DNA of 63,612 nucleotides, filler included, from Choristocarpus tenellus KU-1152 (GCA_964200185.2; 15 parts of 15 records of this genome joined end to end with filler, not necessarily neighbours in it); one strand, 5' to 3'; positions 12,901 to 25,392 are shown, numbered from the whole stretch's first letter. Notes: generated by a model from the letters alone, not told the origin. Program-made: numbers and translations.

Positions 12901-13994
12901 GCGAGTTTGGCGCGCGCGTAATAATTTCTCGCGAAAAGTGCCCTTCTTCCTGAGTCATGGCCACACAGCAGTACAGTACGTTGCTGGTAGAGGAATAAAG
13001 TGGAAGCCATACCTTGTGCCGCGGGAAACCTCTGCAAGATGCCTTCAAATACACCAGGTCCGCCTTTCTACACAATCCACAAGTGCCGTAAGTGTGGTGG
13101 GTACCTCNNNNNNNNNNNNNNNNNNNNNNNNNNNNNNNNNNNNNNNNNNNNTTAATTAATTAANNNNNNNNNNNNNNNNNNNNNNNNNNNNNNNNNNNNN
13201 NNNNNNNGGGGGAGGCGGAAGAGGAGGGGACAGAGGAGGTGCTGGATGGTACCCTACACAGTATCGCAAGAAGGACTTTGCAGTTTTATCTATACGCTGT
13301 TGTAAAGTCAATCCAATCTCTTTTTGGGCACATCATTGATGGTGTTCGTTGACAAAAACGCCACGCAACGTATACAACACATAAAAACAAGAAACGTCCT
13401 TGTCAAAAACGCCTTACAAATACTTTCACAAGTGCCGTGCGATGACAAAAGAGGGTACAGGAGAGATAAATCTTCTAGCAATTGGGACGATCGATACTCT
13501 TACCTGATATAGAGAAAGAAAAAGTGAAAGATGTGCATGAATTATGATAGCCCCACTGTGGCATTTCAACGGTGACAGACAATCCAACCCCCCGAACCTG
13601 ATTCTCACCCTTAACTCTAACCTCAATCCACATAAATCCTAATGCTAACCCTAACCTCAACCCTAAGCATATTTGAGAAACAATAAAAGACTTCAGGGAA
13701 AAAAATAAATTTCCAAAAAGAAAACACCTCTCTACAATAAAAAAAATAGCACGTGCGTATAAATTTGCATACTACTGATACTGCACGCAGGATATGCATC
13801 AACCCTAACCCTAATCCTTGCCCTAACTCTGATTCTAACTTGACCCTAACCCTACCAAAGTAGTCATATAGATATTACAGTCTAAACTCTGCTCTCTAGC
13901 CCCCAAGGTTGACCCTAACACAAACCCAACCTTAAGCCAACCATAACCCTAGCTCCAGCCCCAAGCTGACCCTATCATAGCCCCAACAACTAAC

Positions 13995-14078
13995 CTGCAG
14001 TAGCAAGGTGGCATGGCCAATCCAGGTGACTCTCATTGGGTCCTGACTTCCATGATCCTTGAGAGCATCCAGATCAAC
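13995..14078 (-). CDS. Exon of a NAPE-PLD-like metallo-beta-lactamase fold protein
   Basis: Phase-0 exon with AG/GT boundaries encodes VDLDALKDHGSQDPMRVTWIGHATLLLQ. TWxGHATxLxQ is the N-terminal motif of this family. Confidence 0.75.
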
Positions 14079-14522
14079 CTTTTGACATGGGAAACAAGTA
14101 CACACAAATACGCATACACGCCCCAGTACATGAGTGTGAGTAGGATTTTGCCAAGACATCAGAGCACACGAGTGTGAGAAGATCAAACACAAAACGGTTA
14201 GGGACACATATATATACCAACTAATCACTTCATTCACTACATGCAAACACTACATAAACATAAACATACCACAGCACCCCAGCAAGCAAGACACCAGGAA
14301 GAGGTCTCTTTCTCCAGATCCAAAAGACTCTCCAAAAGAGGGAAAAGAGGTCATACGCTTCAACAATCACACAACATACTTCATACACTAGTACATAACA
14401 ATCCTGTACTGCCTTCATGTGCAAACAAAACCATCTAAAGCATGCCCAATACTTTCATCTGAAGTCAGGTTACCATCACCAGACTAAGCCCCGATTTCAC
14501 AAGATAGGCATGTATGTGTGTG

Positions 14523-14557
<35 letters not shown>

Positions 14558-16267
14558 AAGTAATTGTCGTTGGTGCCACATCTGGGCGACCACACAAGTT
14601 GGATTAAAGTTTGTGCGTGTAGGGGGTGGTTTACATTTAGTGACACATACTGCTACCCTAAATAGTATGGACATTTAAGGTGAAAGGGACACACAGTTTG
14701 CATCAGCAGCTAAGTTACACTTCAAGGTATATCATCAATATTTCTATTATCACACATTCTGTCATTACTGCTAAGTGTAGACCTGATAAAGTCGAGTCAC
14801 TTTCCTTGCACTTCTTGGACTATTATTATAGGAGTGGACAGGACCATTGTACTCATAGCACAGGCATTTTTTTTAGACATCCATCTATAGCAACCTCCCC
14901 AAGAAAACGCCATCCCTGCCACCCTCCTTCCCTCCCTGCCTGCCTGCCTGCCTGCAGTCATTGTCATGCCCTCTATCACATGAACATCACCTACGTGATT
15001 TCTTCAAACTCCTAGCATGGACCATAGATAGAGGCATTGCTTGGGGAAACTTGACTTTGGTTGCACTAGGTGTTGTACACAGCGCAGGCGAGCATCCCTC
15101 AGGGGATGTTTGACTTGGTTTCTACTCAGTATCATCACCAACCAAAGCTTGTTGGCAGTCTGGCACTGTTTGCCACTCGTTGTTCCCAGAGCAATACCCA
15201 TCCGTGCTGAGGTAACACAGAGTGATAATTCCAGACAACTGTCCGAATAAAGACCAACTACTCTTGCAATCCACTTCTTGCCACTCTGATGAAGGTAACC
15301 AGAAGGATGTCGTTTGAGGTATATTTTCTCGCATGGGGGCGAGGTCTCCTATTTCATCAGACCTTAGAGCAGAATCTGCCACTCTGATGAAGGTAACCAG
15401 AAGGACCAATGTGGGAATGTAGTTCACACCTCGTATTAGTTGGTTTGTCACAATTGGACCTCGGGCAATCATGTGTCAAAGAAGCTTTACGTATATCTCT
15501 TGGGTGTTCAATGCAACCACATCCTTTTGTGTGATTGATCCCTGCACCTCACTTCACCATTGTTTCTTTGCCATTAGACGGCACATTTCCACCCCTTTTG
15601 AAAATTACAAGCATAGATGAACACGTCACACATATGACTCCGACAAACGATCCTGTTGAGTACTTTGGTGTCACTCTGACATCACACCTGCAACAACCAT
15701 GGTGGGCCACAGTGGACCTCTCATCATTAGGGCGAGGTAATGCAGATCTCCCAGAAGCACAGAACGGTGAGTAGGTAAGAGAGGGGCACTGCACTGAGGG
15801 GGAAAGAGTAGGGGAGCCTTCAGGTAGTAGGTAATGTCCAATTCTAGCACCAACAAGAAATGAGCACCAAGGTGGTCTAAATGGGTATTACCGGGGGGGC
15901 TGAGCTGAGGGAGGAAAGGGAGAACATTCGTCAGCTACAAGACAAAATACTCCTTCAACAGCACCATGGGGTAAGCCACAGGGGGGGCCTGCTGTGCCTN
16001 NNNNNNNNNNNNNNNNNNNNNNNNNNNNNNNNNNNNNNNNNNNTTAATTAATTAANNNNNNNNNNNNNNNNNNNNNNNNNNNNNNNNNNNNNNNNNNNNA
16101 TCCGCCATTATCTCGATCCACTGTTATTGCACGGTCGTAATCGATGATTTTGTCCTCCCTCGAGGCAAATATTTATACATATATTGTAGAGAAGAAGTTG
16201 TACCAATAAATGTTTATACATATTTCGCAAACAAGAAGTCGTACTGACAAATTTTTATACAAGAGCC

Positions 16268-16447
16268 ATCAAATCCCGCTGAGGACAGATAGTGTCTATC
16301 ACTACACAAGTGGCTCTCTTGAGACGTGTCATACGTATCAAGCTGGAGACACCACGCAGATGGGCAAGGAGGGACCTGTCAGATTATTGGGGTGCTTCCC
16401 TAGCTCCTTGTCCATTTGTGTAGGGCTACGCTAGGTCAAAGGTATCA
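16268..16447 (+). mobile_element. 5'-truncated 3' end of an RLE/CRE-type LINE
   Basis: Homologous to the reverse complement of 19338-19515; translates QIVSITTQVALLRRVIRIKLETP. Confidence 0.7.
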
Positions 16448-16527
16448 CAGCAATCTACTCATAACGTAGTTTCCAACCTTTAAGGGAGTGTTGTAGCGTA
16501 GCTGTTATTTTCAATATTAAATAGACG

Positions 16528-16660
16528 TTATTATGCCCTCTGACATTTCACAGAGGCACCTTTCACATTTACGACAAACTGTTACTTTTTTACAGGGATC
16601 CTTGTGATATTGGCTTGGCTTTTCCCATGACACATCTGCAGCATGTCCGAGGCATAATAA
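16528..16660. mobile_element. Small inverted-repeat element family E with TTATTATGCC ends (related ends at 18912-19007 and 50285-50330)
   Basis: TTATTATGCCCTCTGACATTT...ATGTCCGAGGCATAATAA; the same terminal motif recurs in another contig. Confidence 0.7.
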
Positions 16661-17189
16661 TATAATATTTGTGCATGTTTCCGACAATTGTTTTTTGCTA
16701 CCTCTGCACCATAAGTTATTACCACGAAACATCTGGGCTTGCCGAGCGAGAACGGCGCCGAATCGGATAATAACCCCATAGAATGAAATCGGGTTGATAA
16801 TCTCAGCTTTCAGAAAAGGTGGGGGTTGAGGATCATCAGGTACAAACTCGAGGTGCTTCAAGCCGTCAAAGTAGGGGTCTTTTGGGATGATTTTGAGGCC
16901 AGAACTGGGCACATCGAGGATCAGAACGTCGGCATGGTAACCTCCCCGTCGACCCCCCTGCGCAGGAAGGGTGCCCAAGTGCCCCTGAATACCAGGGTTG
17001 CACTTGCAATGCCGTATGCCCTCGCGATGGTCCCTGGTGAGCATAAGCTGCCGCGAGACGCTGGACTGAACCTCGCAGCGGAGATTGGAGTGTCCAAGTG
17101 TTACATGCGAGGGTGCTCCAGGAGGACGTCGCTAATCAGCTCACCCGTGGCCACACGCTTGACTAGAGGTGGCGGCACGTGGTGGACAG

Positions 17190-18190
17190 CCTTCAGAGCT
17201 CACACCGACCAAGATAGTCGCAATATATAGTATCAACTCCGATAATCGGTCATCCACAGTGCATCAATTGACAGTGAAGATGGCCGCCAAGGGGCTGAAT
17301 TATAGCACGAGCACCATAAACAGGTGGTGATTGGATGATATGGGGGCCATGCTGGATCGCAGCTGGATGAAATCCAAGCTTAAATCGTGGCAATAGGTAT
17401 GAAGAATGGACTTGTTTGTAATCAAGTGGACCGGAAACGTGATGTGTACGTCCATGGCAAACACGATCCATGAGAATGAAATCCGGTTTTACATGATGCC
17501 TGACGGGGAAAAGGGTTCGGGTAATTCCGCATGAGGATGATAGCGACCTTCCAGGATCCCCTACTGTGCAGCACAAGAGTCTTATCCTCAAAACCATGAT
17601 CATTGCAGCAAATGCCCGCCCAGATTCGGCTCATAGCTTTGATGGAAAGCTTGGTGTTTGGCACGTGTGGTGTGCGCCAAAAACGGCATACAGGACAAGC
17701 AAGAACCATTAAAAGGGGGACGTGTATGTGCAGGACTGCACTTTAGACCGTTTGTGGTACAGGAAGTGGTACACGGAGGAGTTACTGCCTGCAATCAAAT
17801 ACCAAGATGCCTTGGATGCAGGAGAAGCACGTTGTCGTTCAGCAAGACGGTGCCACCCCTCACAGGGGCAAGGGCAACTCAGAAATCTTGTCAGGGGCAG
17901 GGAAGACTGAGGGACGGTCGATTAGGCTTGTGACACAGTCATCAAACTCCCCTGACCTCAATATCATTGACCTGTGCTTCTTCAGGTCTTTGAAATGCTG
18001 AGTGATGGGGGAGCAGTTTGGGTCGGTCGAGGAGATGGTGAAGGCCATTAAGAAGCAGTTTGAGGAGTATGATGAAACCACACTTGAGAGGGCTTGGCAG
18101 TTCTTTTTGCGGTGTACAATCAAGTACTTAGATGCAAAGGGGGGAACGACTTCATTGTGGAGCACACAAGAGTAAGGAGGAGGCAGTTGT
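17190..18190 (+). pseudogene. Decayed Tc1/mariner transposase, plant/oomycete mariner (DD39D-like) clade, DD40D spacing
   Basis: Frameshifted motifs in the expected order: HTH (TVHQLTVKMAAKGLNYSTSTINRW), IHENEIRFY (for HVDEKWFY), VQHKSLILKTMIIAANARP..FDGKLGVW, ELLPAIK, VVVQQDGATPH, QSSNSPDLNIIDLCFFRSL, KGGNDF. Confidence 0.9.
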
Positions 18191-18602
18191 GTGGTGATCT
18201 TGAAACGACGCTGAAGGTAGACATGGAGACTTTTTCTGTGGCTGCTAAAATTGTGATGGATGGGGAGTAATACTAATGAAAAGAGCTTAACCAGAACTTC
18301 GTGAAGGATTACAAATCTTTTTTCAGGAATGAATTTCATCAACATCTTAAAACGTTATGGACAACGCAGCACAGACTTATGGCACAGAGGTAGTACATGT
18401 TTATAACACGGGAGTGGTGGTATCAAAACACAAAATGCGAGTACTGACCAATAGTAAACGTAATAATAATATACAGGTACATGTTTCCAAATGTGAAAAA
18501 GTTACTCAAGGGGCACCAACCTAACATATTAGAGACGTAATGTTATCCAGAACCCTACTCGGCCTTCCACAATGTACAAGTTTGGAAAGGGGGGTTATGT
18601 TT

Positions 18603-18863
18603 GAGCCAAAACAGACTAGAGGTATCCAGATTTTGACCGTTTTGCATTATAATCCAGTTTTTAAAACTTTTGCAATTCATCCATATTTATAGGGATGAAG
18701 TTCTAAGTTTGACTTGAGAGGGTTGATTCCTCTGTTGTTTGGAACTTTCCGACACGATTTGGAAAATATACTCTACACATTTGGAAAAAATGTCTAATTT
18801 TGGGCATATTTGTCAGCATCCTTAAAATGTAACTCTGAGTGTACCTCTCGCTTACTTTGATTA
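18603..18863. mobile_element. MITE family C copy
   Basis: GAGCCAAAACAGACTAGAGGTA...TACCTCTCGCTTACTTTGATT; body homologous to 37740-38002. Confidence 0.8.
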
Positions 18864-19007
18864 TTGTTTTGTACAATCATGATAGAACAACACAGGAACG
18901 AAGTACTGTACTTATTATTATGCCCTCTGACATTTTGCAGATGTGTCAGACGAAAAAACAATGGAAACTATTCACATGTCATAAAAATCCCTAAAATAGT
19001 AACAGTT

Positions 19008-19266
19008 GAGCCAAAGTATCTTAGAGGGTAGGGCCGTGTCCATTTGAGGGCCAAATTCCAACATTGCGAATTCGATGTAATTTTGGCTATCGCATTTGTT
19101 CTGAAGTATCAATATCCTTGTTCCGGTCACACCTTTTCATAACGCATACATTGTACCTATTCCGAAAAAATTTGGAGTAGGAAAATGTCATTAAAAAAAA
19201 CATGGGAAGAGAAGCCTCAAACGGACAAACAGAGCAAAACTCGTACCCTCTAAGATACTTTCACTG
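19008..19266. mobile_element. MITE family A, complete, apparent 4-bp TSD AGTT, nested in element E
   Basis: agtt|GAGCCAAAGTATCTTAGAGGGTA...TACCCTCTAAGATACTTTCACTG|agtt. Confidence 0.9.
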
Positions 19267-19337
19267 AGTTGTCATATCGGTGAGAACATTAATTTATTAG
19301 CTATTTTACTGCCAGCTAAATTGTACCACTTCCTTGA

Positions 19338-19900
19338 TGTGCCTCCAACCTAGCTATTCCTGCACACCAGGATGAGGAGCTAGGGAAGTATCCCAAGAAT
19401 CTAGCAAGCCCCTCCTTGGCCATCTCCCTGGTGTCTCCAGCTTAAAACGCATGACAAGTCTAGACAGGACCACCTGCGTTGTTACAGAGACTATTTGTCG
19501 AAGATGGGATTTGACTGCCCCTTTCCAGCTGTAGCCCCCAGGCCTCTCCCCCCTATCGTGTGCATAGCTAGCAGCTCATTCAGGAACGTTCCACTTGCTT
19601 ACCAAGGCGCCCAAAACTTTCCACCGCAAAGGTGTTGAAGTTTTAACTACGAGGATAAAAAGAGTCCTCGTAGTGGGTGCGCTTTCGCGCTTCAGCTGCA
19701 GCAGCAGCTACGCGATTGCTGGTGGGTGAGTGTGGCAGGTGAGATGCTGCCTGCACTTCAGCAAACGAGACGTCCAGGAGGCCTTTGTCTCTGAAGGGAG
19801 CTGATCCGGTGTCCGCGAGTGCACCAGCATGGAAGACCATATCCATGCGGAAATTCCTGTCTATAGTGAACGGGCTGCCGTCCTCCATAGTGCAGGGATG
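19338..19900 (-). mobile_element. Decayed non-LTR retrotransposon 3' end with restriction-like endonuclease domain (CRE/NeSL-type)
   Basis: RMDMVFHAGAL...KGLLDVSFAEVQA...AAAAAEARKRTHYEDSF, then KGAVKSHLRQIVSVTTQVVLSRLVMRFKL. This fits the RxD...D...K..Y pattern of RLE LINEs. Confidence 0.75.
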
Positions 19901-20729
19901 CCCATTCCTTTGCATAGTTGTACTATATGTGATTACAGTAGAAATAACCGAAGATTTATAAACGTTTTTCCCTATTGTATTACAAAAACAAAGATTTGTA
20001 GACAATTACTTTTTCCTGGTACATTTAAAATTAGGATTCACGATTTTCTTTCCTGTTAAGTCACAACGATTTGTACACAATCGTTCTTTCCTACAAAAGC
20101 ACAACCGTAATATTTGTAATCGAGATGAGGTAGGGAGGGATCACCGATACAGAATTATCTTCTCTGGACACATAGGGACAAATGATTTATACGTATTGAT
20201 AAAATGGTGAGTGATACCTACAAAACATGTGTACATAATAATCAAGAAGGTTATGTCGACAAATCGGGATTTGTATATCATTGCTCGCAATAAGTTTTGC
20301 ATCTTCACCACTCCTTAAACCTTCACATACAAACATTTGTTTTAAAAAAACTTCTGATTTGTGAGGCACAATTCAAATAGATCATGGTTTGTCCAACACG
20401 TGAAATATTCATACTCCCTCAGTCCCATAAATCTGTGGCGTTACGAAATTCCACTTTTTGTTTTGGTCATTTCTTTACGAATACGAAGAACTTTCCCAGA
20501 GATGTATGGTCAAGATTGAAGGTCCAGAAATATTGTTCGGAGGGCTTTTGGTTTTCGCATTATCGTGGATTAGAGGTTTCATTAGATCAATACAACTAAT
20601 ATACCATCGTTCAACCAAATCTAATTGCAAAAGAAATCGGGTAAGCGAAATTATGAATACCATTTTAAACACCCTTCTGTTGTGCAGAATGATCCCAGTG
20701 AGATCCTTCAGGTGCAAGTCATATTCAGG

Positions 20730-21060
20730 TGTTCAACGGTATATCGACAATGAACGATGAAACGCCTCCGCCAGTCCCGGTAGTCCGAGTCGTCCAATAG
20801 TTTCGGTGGTTGGGTTCTCGATCTCTTTGTCGTAGGGCGAACAATATGTGCGCCTGTCCCCAAGCTCTCCGAAGAACCGGACCTCCGGCTTGCTCCACTT
20901 CTGATGCTCCCAGCATCCAAACTGTTTCCCCTCTCTGTGAAATTTTCCCTCAACATGGGTTCCATAGGACCCACTTCGACTGGTACGCCCCCAGCCAGAG
21001 ACCGTGTGCTGGGCACAGCGGCCTGGACGACGGGATGATCTCCGTCGCCAACTCTTTCAG
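20730..21060 (-). pseudogene. Possible LTR-retrotransposon gag N-terminal fragment
   Basis: PPKLLDDSDYRDWRRRF resembles the PxLxxxxYxxWxxxF gag start motif; only one motif supports it. Confidence 0.4.
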
Positions 21061-21160
21061 NNNNNNNNNNNNNNNNNNNNNNNNNNNNNNNNNNNNNNNN
21101 NNNNTTAATTAATTAANNNNNNNNNNNNNNNNNNNNNNNNNNNNNNNNNNNNNNNNNNNN

Positions 21161-21230
21161 AACCCATGGGAAGCCAAGCCCCAAATGGACAAACAGGGCA
21201 AAACTCGTACCCTCTAAGATACTTCCACTC
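21161..21230. mobile_element. MITE family A end (cut by contig start)
   Basis: ...GTACCCTCTAAGATACTTCCACTC|taa. Confidence 0.85.
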
Positions 21231-21879
21231 TAACTACTGACTTATCTGCTGCACTGAGACTGCTTGTACTGCCTCTGTTCTTGCCTTGCGTCTCACCCTT
21301 AAGTTCAGCACCCCCACCGCTCGTCATTTCGTCTCTTCCCTCGAATCTTTCGCTGAACTCACCTCAAAGTTTCAACCTTGTTTTTGGTCCGGCGTTTTGG
21401 CGGTATAGAGACAGACGGGATAACACAGGGGGTGTACATTCCGTTGAGCTTGACACATGGAATAGCATAATCGAAATCACATTTCCGTGAAACAAGTATC
21501 GAATCAAAGGGTTTGAACCCGCTTAATGTAGGTATCTGTTGCCTTCAAACCACTCAGCTAAAAATAGGGACAAAAAAAGATACAGAACACAACAAACAGG
21601 CGTGTATCGCATATTCTTATCTTGCTCGCTGACATGTTCCAGGGATTGACATGTAGGAAAAACGAGAAATGTAAAGGGAAGAAGGCATCAAAATATAATT
21701 GCAAAGTAGAGTCTGGATATGAGGACAGACCATGTAAGTAACATATCAAGCGCAATCACAGAAGGTCAACAATAATACCAGGCACATCCACCAATCATAG
21801 ACGTTTTGTACGTAAAACAATGAACAAGAAAACGACGAAAAGCAACTCCTAAATAGACTCTATGGAGGTAGGCGAGAAT

Positions 21880-22150
21880 TAAGGGAAGTATCTCATTAAT
21901 CTCCTAAGCCTCTCCTATCCCATCAACTCGGAGTGTCTAATTTATACAGCAAGACTGTTCTGGAGATGATGGCAAATTGTGTAGTAATTAAGTAACCTGT
22001 CTTCAAGTCATCGTACACCTCTCTTACTGTTGAAACCCTCCGACCCCCTACCTCCGACCACATGAGTCGATAAACTATCCAGAAAAACCTCTACATGTGA
22101 GCCGAGATGTCTGAAGATTTCTCCTGGTAAGGGTGGTATTTTGAACGATA
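21880..22150 (-). mobile_element. Diverged 5'-truncated RLE/CRE-type LINE fragment abutting tRNA-Ser
   Basis: Translates SFKIPPLPGEIFRHLGSHVEVFLDSLSTHVVGGRGSEGFNSKRGV...ITTQFAIISRTVLLYKLDTP, collinear with 19338-19650. Confidence 0.65.
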
Positions 22151-22180
22151 TACATACAGATAAATTGGGAGAGTATTCAA

Positions 22181-22262
22181 GACACCGTGACCGAGGGGTT
22201 AAGGTGCAAGCCTGCTAAGTTTGTGTGCTTTGCACGCGTGAGTTCGAATCTCACCGGTGTCG
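22181..22262 (+). tRNA. trnS: tRNA-Ser(GCT)
   Basis: Acceptor GACACCG/CGGTGTC, anticodon loop CT-GCT-AA, long variable arm GTGC-TTT-GCAC, T arm GTGAG-TTCGAAT-CTCAC, downstream T5. Confidence 0.95.
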
Positions 22263-24953
22263 GATCGTTGTTTTTCAATATTCAAATATCAGGAAAAACC
22301 TCATAGATTACGTAACACGTAACTTACCGTGGTCGCATTGAAATACCAATCGACCGTGAACCTCAGAGTGCCACACTCGCTGTCTACGCACTCGTAGCAC
22401 TCCTGTTGGTTTGTGAATCTGGTGCTGCAAAAACCCCTTAACTCTAACCCCAAACTTTCAAGGTTGTGTCCACCAACATATCCACCAGTTCTTCTCCTGT
22501 CCATCTAGAGTCCTTGCGTTTTCCCTCTGCAAGCATCCCCGAACATCAATACCTCGGGAAAACGCTTATCTCCCATGCAAGCTTGCCCACGCACCACTGC
22601 CTCAATACCCTCACAAAGTCTTCGTAAGACCATCTTTGTAGGTAAGGACATGACTGATGCGTTCCTGTTTGTGGAAATCTAAGCAGTGGGGGAGGAATAT
22701 TGTGATGATGTGAGTGAGCTTCATTAATGAGCCTGATGGAGTGTCCATTTCATACAACCTTCTAATAGAATTTCAGGTACTCAGCTTTGAGCATTCGAAT
22801 CTTAAGCTCAGGAGAGAAACCTGTGGTCCTGTGGTCCTGTCATAAAGCGAAAATAACTCCAACCTTTCTGAATCCTCGTTCACCTGATGAAGTAGCAACT
22901 GAGGTGCAGTAATTTTTGCAACTTCCAAAGCTTCCATCTATCAAACCGCAGAGAGGGTGTCAGTCGAGTAAAGGTGGCTGAATGCAGCTCCATAATTTGT
23001 CCAAACCATGCCCTGTGCGCCTGACTACGTTCTCCGAACGTTACACAGTTCTAGATTACTTCGTGCTGCAAGCGTCAACCATTGCTTGAATCAACTTTCT
23101 AATGCCAACATCACATTTTTGCGCTATAGTCTACCAGCAGGAGCAGACTGAATGTAGAACGGCATTTACAGGGCTTCAATTTCAGAAAGCTTACACTCAC
23201 CTGCGAATTTGCTATCTCACCTGTACATATCGGTGGCCTTGGCCTACAGCATAAACTTCAAGCCACCACATCTCCTGCAGCCAGTTCTCCTGTAGACATA
23301 CACCGTATTTGTCTGTATTTGTTTGTATGTCCATAGTTCTTATGGAGGGAGAGTTTTTTTGGTAGTGCCCCATTCTTTGTGAAGGTGAGACAGTATCTAT
23401 CTTTGCGTCTGTACTTCTGTTACATGGTTTTGAAAGAGGGAGAGCCCTTTTATGACAGGTCCCTACTTTGATACGAGTTTGAGGCTCTGGTATAGGAAGT
23501 TTTCTCTTGAAAATTATTTCAAATGCAGAATGAGTGTCGTGAAGTGTGACTGTCATGCTAGTGTATCTGTCGTGAGGGCAAACGTTGGAAAGGGGTTTTC
23601 CCTCCAGGTCCTCCTCCACCGGATCCCAAAACTGCCTACCGATATGTTAGGACGCCTGGAAGTGACATTCATTTCGTTTCTGCTACGTTCATGATAGGGC
23701 ATGGAGTAACATATCATTTCCTTGTCCACCACTCGCCTGTTCTTCGTATCGAAGCAGTTACGCTTCATCCTGGGGGGGCGCGTCACAGGAGATGTGTCAT
23801 AATGGCAGTTTCATAAACGCCAGTATGACCTTGAGGGCCCTAGATTCCATATATTTGTACTTACGACCTTGAAGTCCTACATTCTATATTTCTTGCGCTG
23901 TTTTTCTTTCATGATCCTTGTTGCGATTCCTCAATCAGTCTCTATTGCCTTATCTAGATTTCTTTGATCACGTTTGTGAGATCCCTCAAGACTATTATGA
24001 TGATAGTAACAATAATAATAGTAGAGCAGATATACTATCCTTGCCCGAAACACTTAAATCATAGTCCACCTGTTCTTATGGACGGCTGACATATTTAATT
24101 CGATTTTGGAGGCCTCTTGAATAGTGTAGCAGCAATGTTGAGAGAAGTGTTGATAGTGTTTCTACATAATGTTAAGTCTCTCGAAATTTGCGTTACTTGG
24201 TCCTTCCGAAGTGCTATCCCTACACAAGGAGTGTGCCAGGGGCCTCCTACTGCCACTCGGTCAAACCCGAGCTAAGACATGGGCTCTTTTCCTTCATCAC
24301 TTCGTGGAAGACCAATTTTCAGGCGAGATTGATGTAGCGATATTATGTACTTCCATTTTGCAATGGTCATTTTTGTAACACTAAGGGGGGGAAAGAGAGT
24401 TATATCGGGTGAATGAGGTGACCAACACAGCAAGCAATACGTAGCACAATCTTGCAAGGGAGGACAGGTCTCAACAGAGGCCACCCGACATCTCTGTGAG
24501 GGATTTGTGTTTCTGTGTAAAGAGTGAAATGGTCAAGGGGTATACCTGTTTATGTCAATGTCTCTCTTCTCTTAGGTGGGTTATGCCCCTGACCGAGTAC
24601 TTGCTAATTTAGACATACACATGTGTGCAAAGCAAAGCGCCTGCTATACCAAAGTGTACACGTGTACAAGACATGCATGTGGGGGTATGGAGCTGGGCAG
24701 CAACCACGCATTATTTGTGTGTATCCTCAAAACAATGGGTGAGATGCACAAATGGTAGGGATAAGGTTAGGGGATGCAAGTGTATACTTCAGACTAAAGT
24801 TCGGGTTACGGCATGCGACTTTGTACTCCAAATTAGATCTTTTTTGTCCCATCGCCCAATATCATACTTCAAATTAGAGGGGGATTTTGGAATGCAGTGT
24901 ACACTTGAATATATAGAAACAAAACTATCTTCCCCCCCCCCCCCCCCCCCCCC

Positions 24954-24993
<40 letters not shown>

Positions 24994-25392
24994 NNNNNNN
25001 NNNCCCCCCAGTCCCCTGGACTACCAAGTTCCCCTCGAGACCGCACGTTACCTCTGTCAATGTGTTCATTTTCAGTTTAAAAAATCAGGGACAGCCATCT
25101 TTCTCCTTCAATAAGAAGTTGTGACTTCCCTGGTATTGTGTACACCCCCGATTAAGATCTTGTGGGAAAATCCTGATTTTTGTTGTAGGCTTGTTTTTAT
25201 GGATGTGTCTGCAGGGGTATCGATTGACAGATCAGAGTTTAGGGTTAGGGTACTCTCAGGGGTCTGGTTAATGTTCTGTATGTAACCTCCATGCACAGCA
25301 TTCAAGAGGGAGTAGCTGTTCTTCATCTTTCCACTTTTTGAAGCTGTTTTGTTTCGTTCATGGGAAGTAATTTGTCAGCATCCACTACAGTA

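Noticed and set aside
15279-15405. Two exact 29-bp repeats containing CTGATGA (CRISPR-like or hammerhead-like)
   Set aside because: Only two units with a 69-bp spacer, no cas genes and a eukaryotic context. The hammerhead GAAA core and stems are absent.
16268-19515. Inverted pair of about 180 bp bracketing the mariner transposase, resembling long TIRs
   Set aside because: Both arms translate as the C-terminus of an RLE LINE, and a third copy lies at 21880. They are independent LINE insertions.
24930-25010. Poly-Pro/poly-Gly ORFs from long G/C homopolymers (also at about 2790, 34430-34635 and 38640)
   Set aside because: Low-complexity tracts next to gaps or inside MITE B. Their lengths are unreliable and there is no coding evidence.
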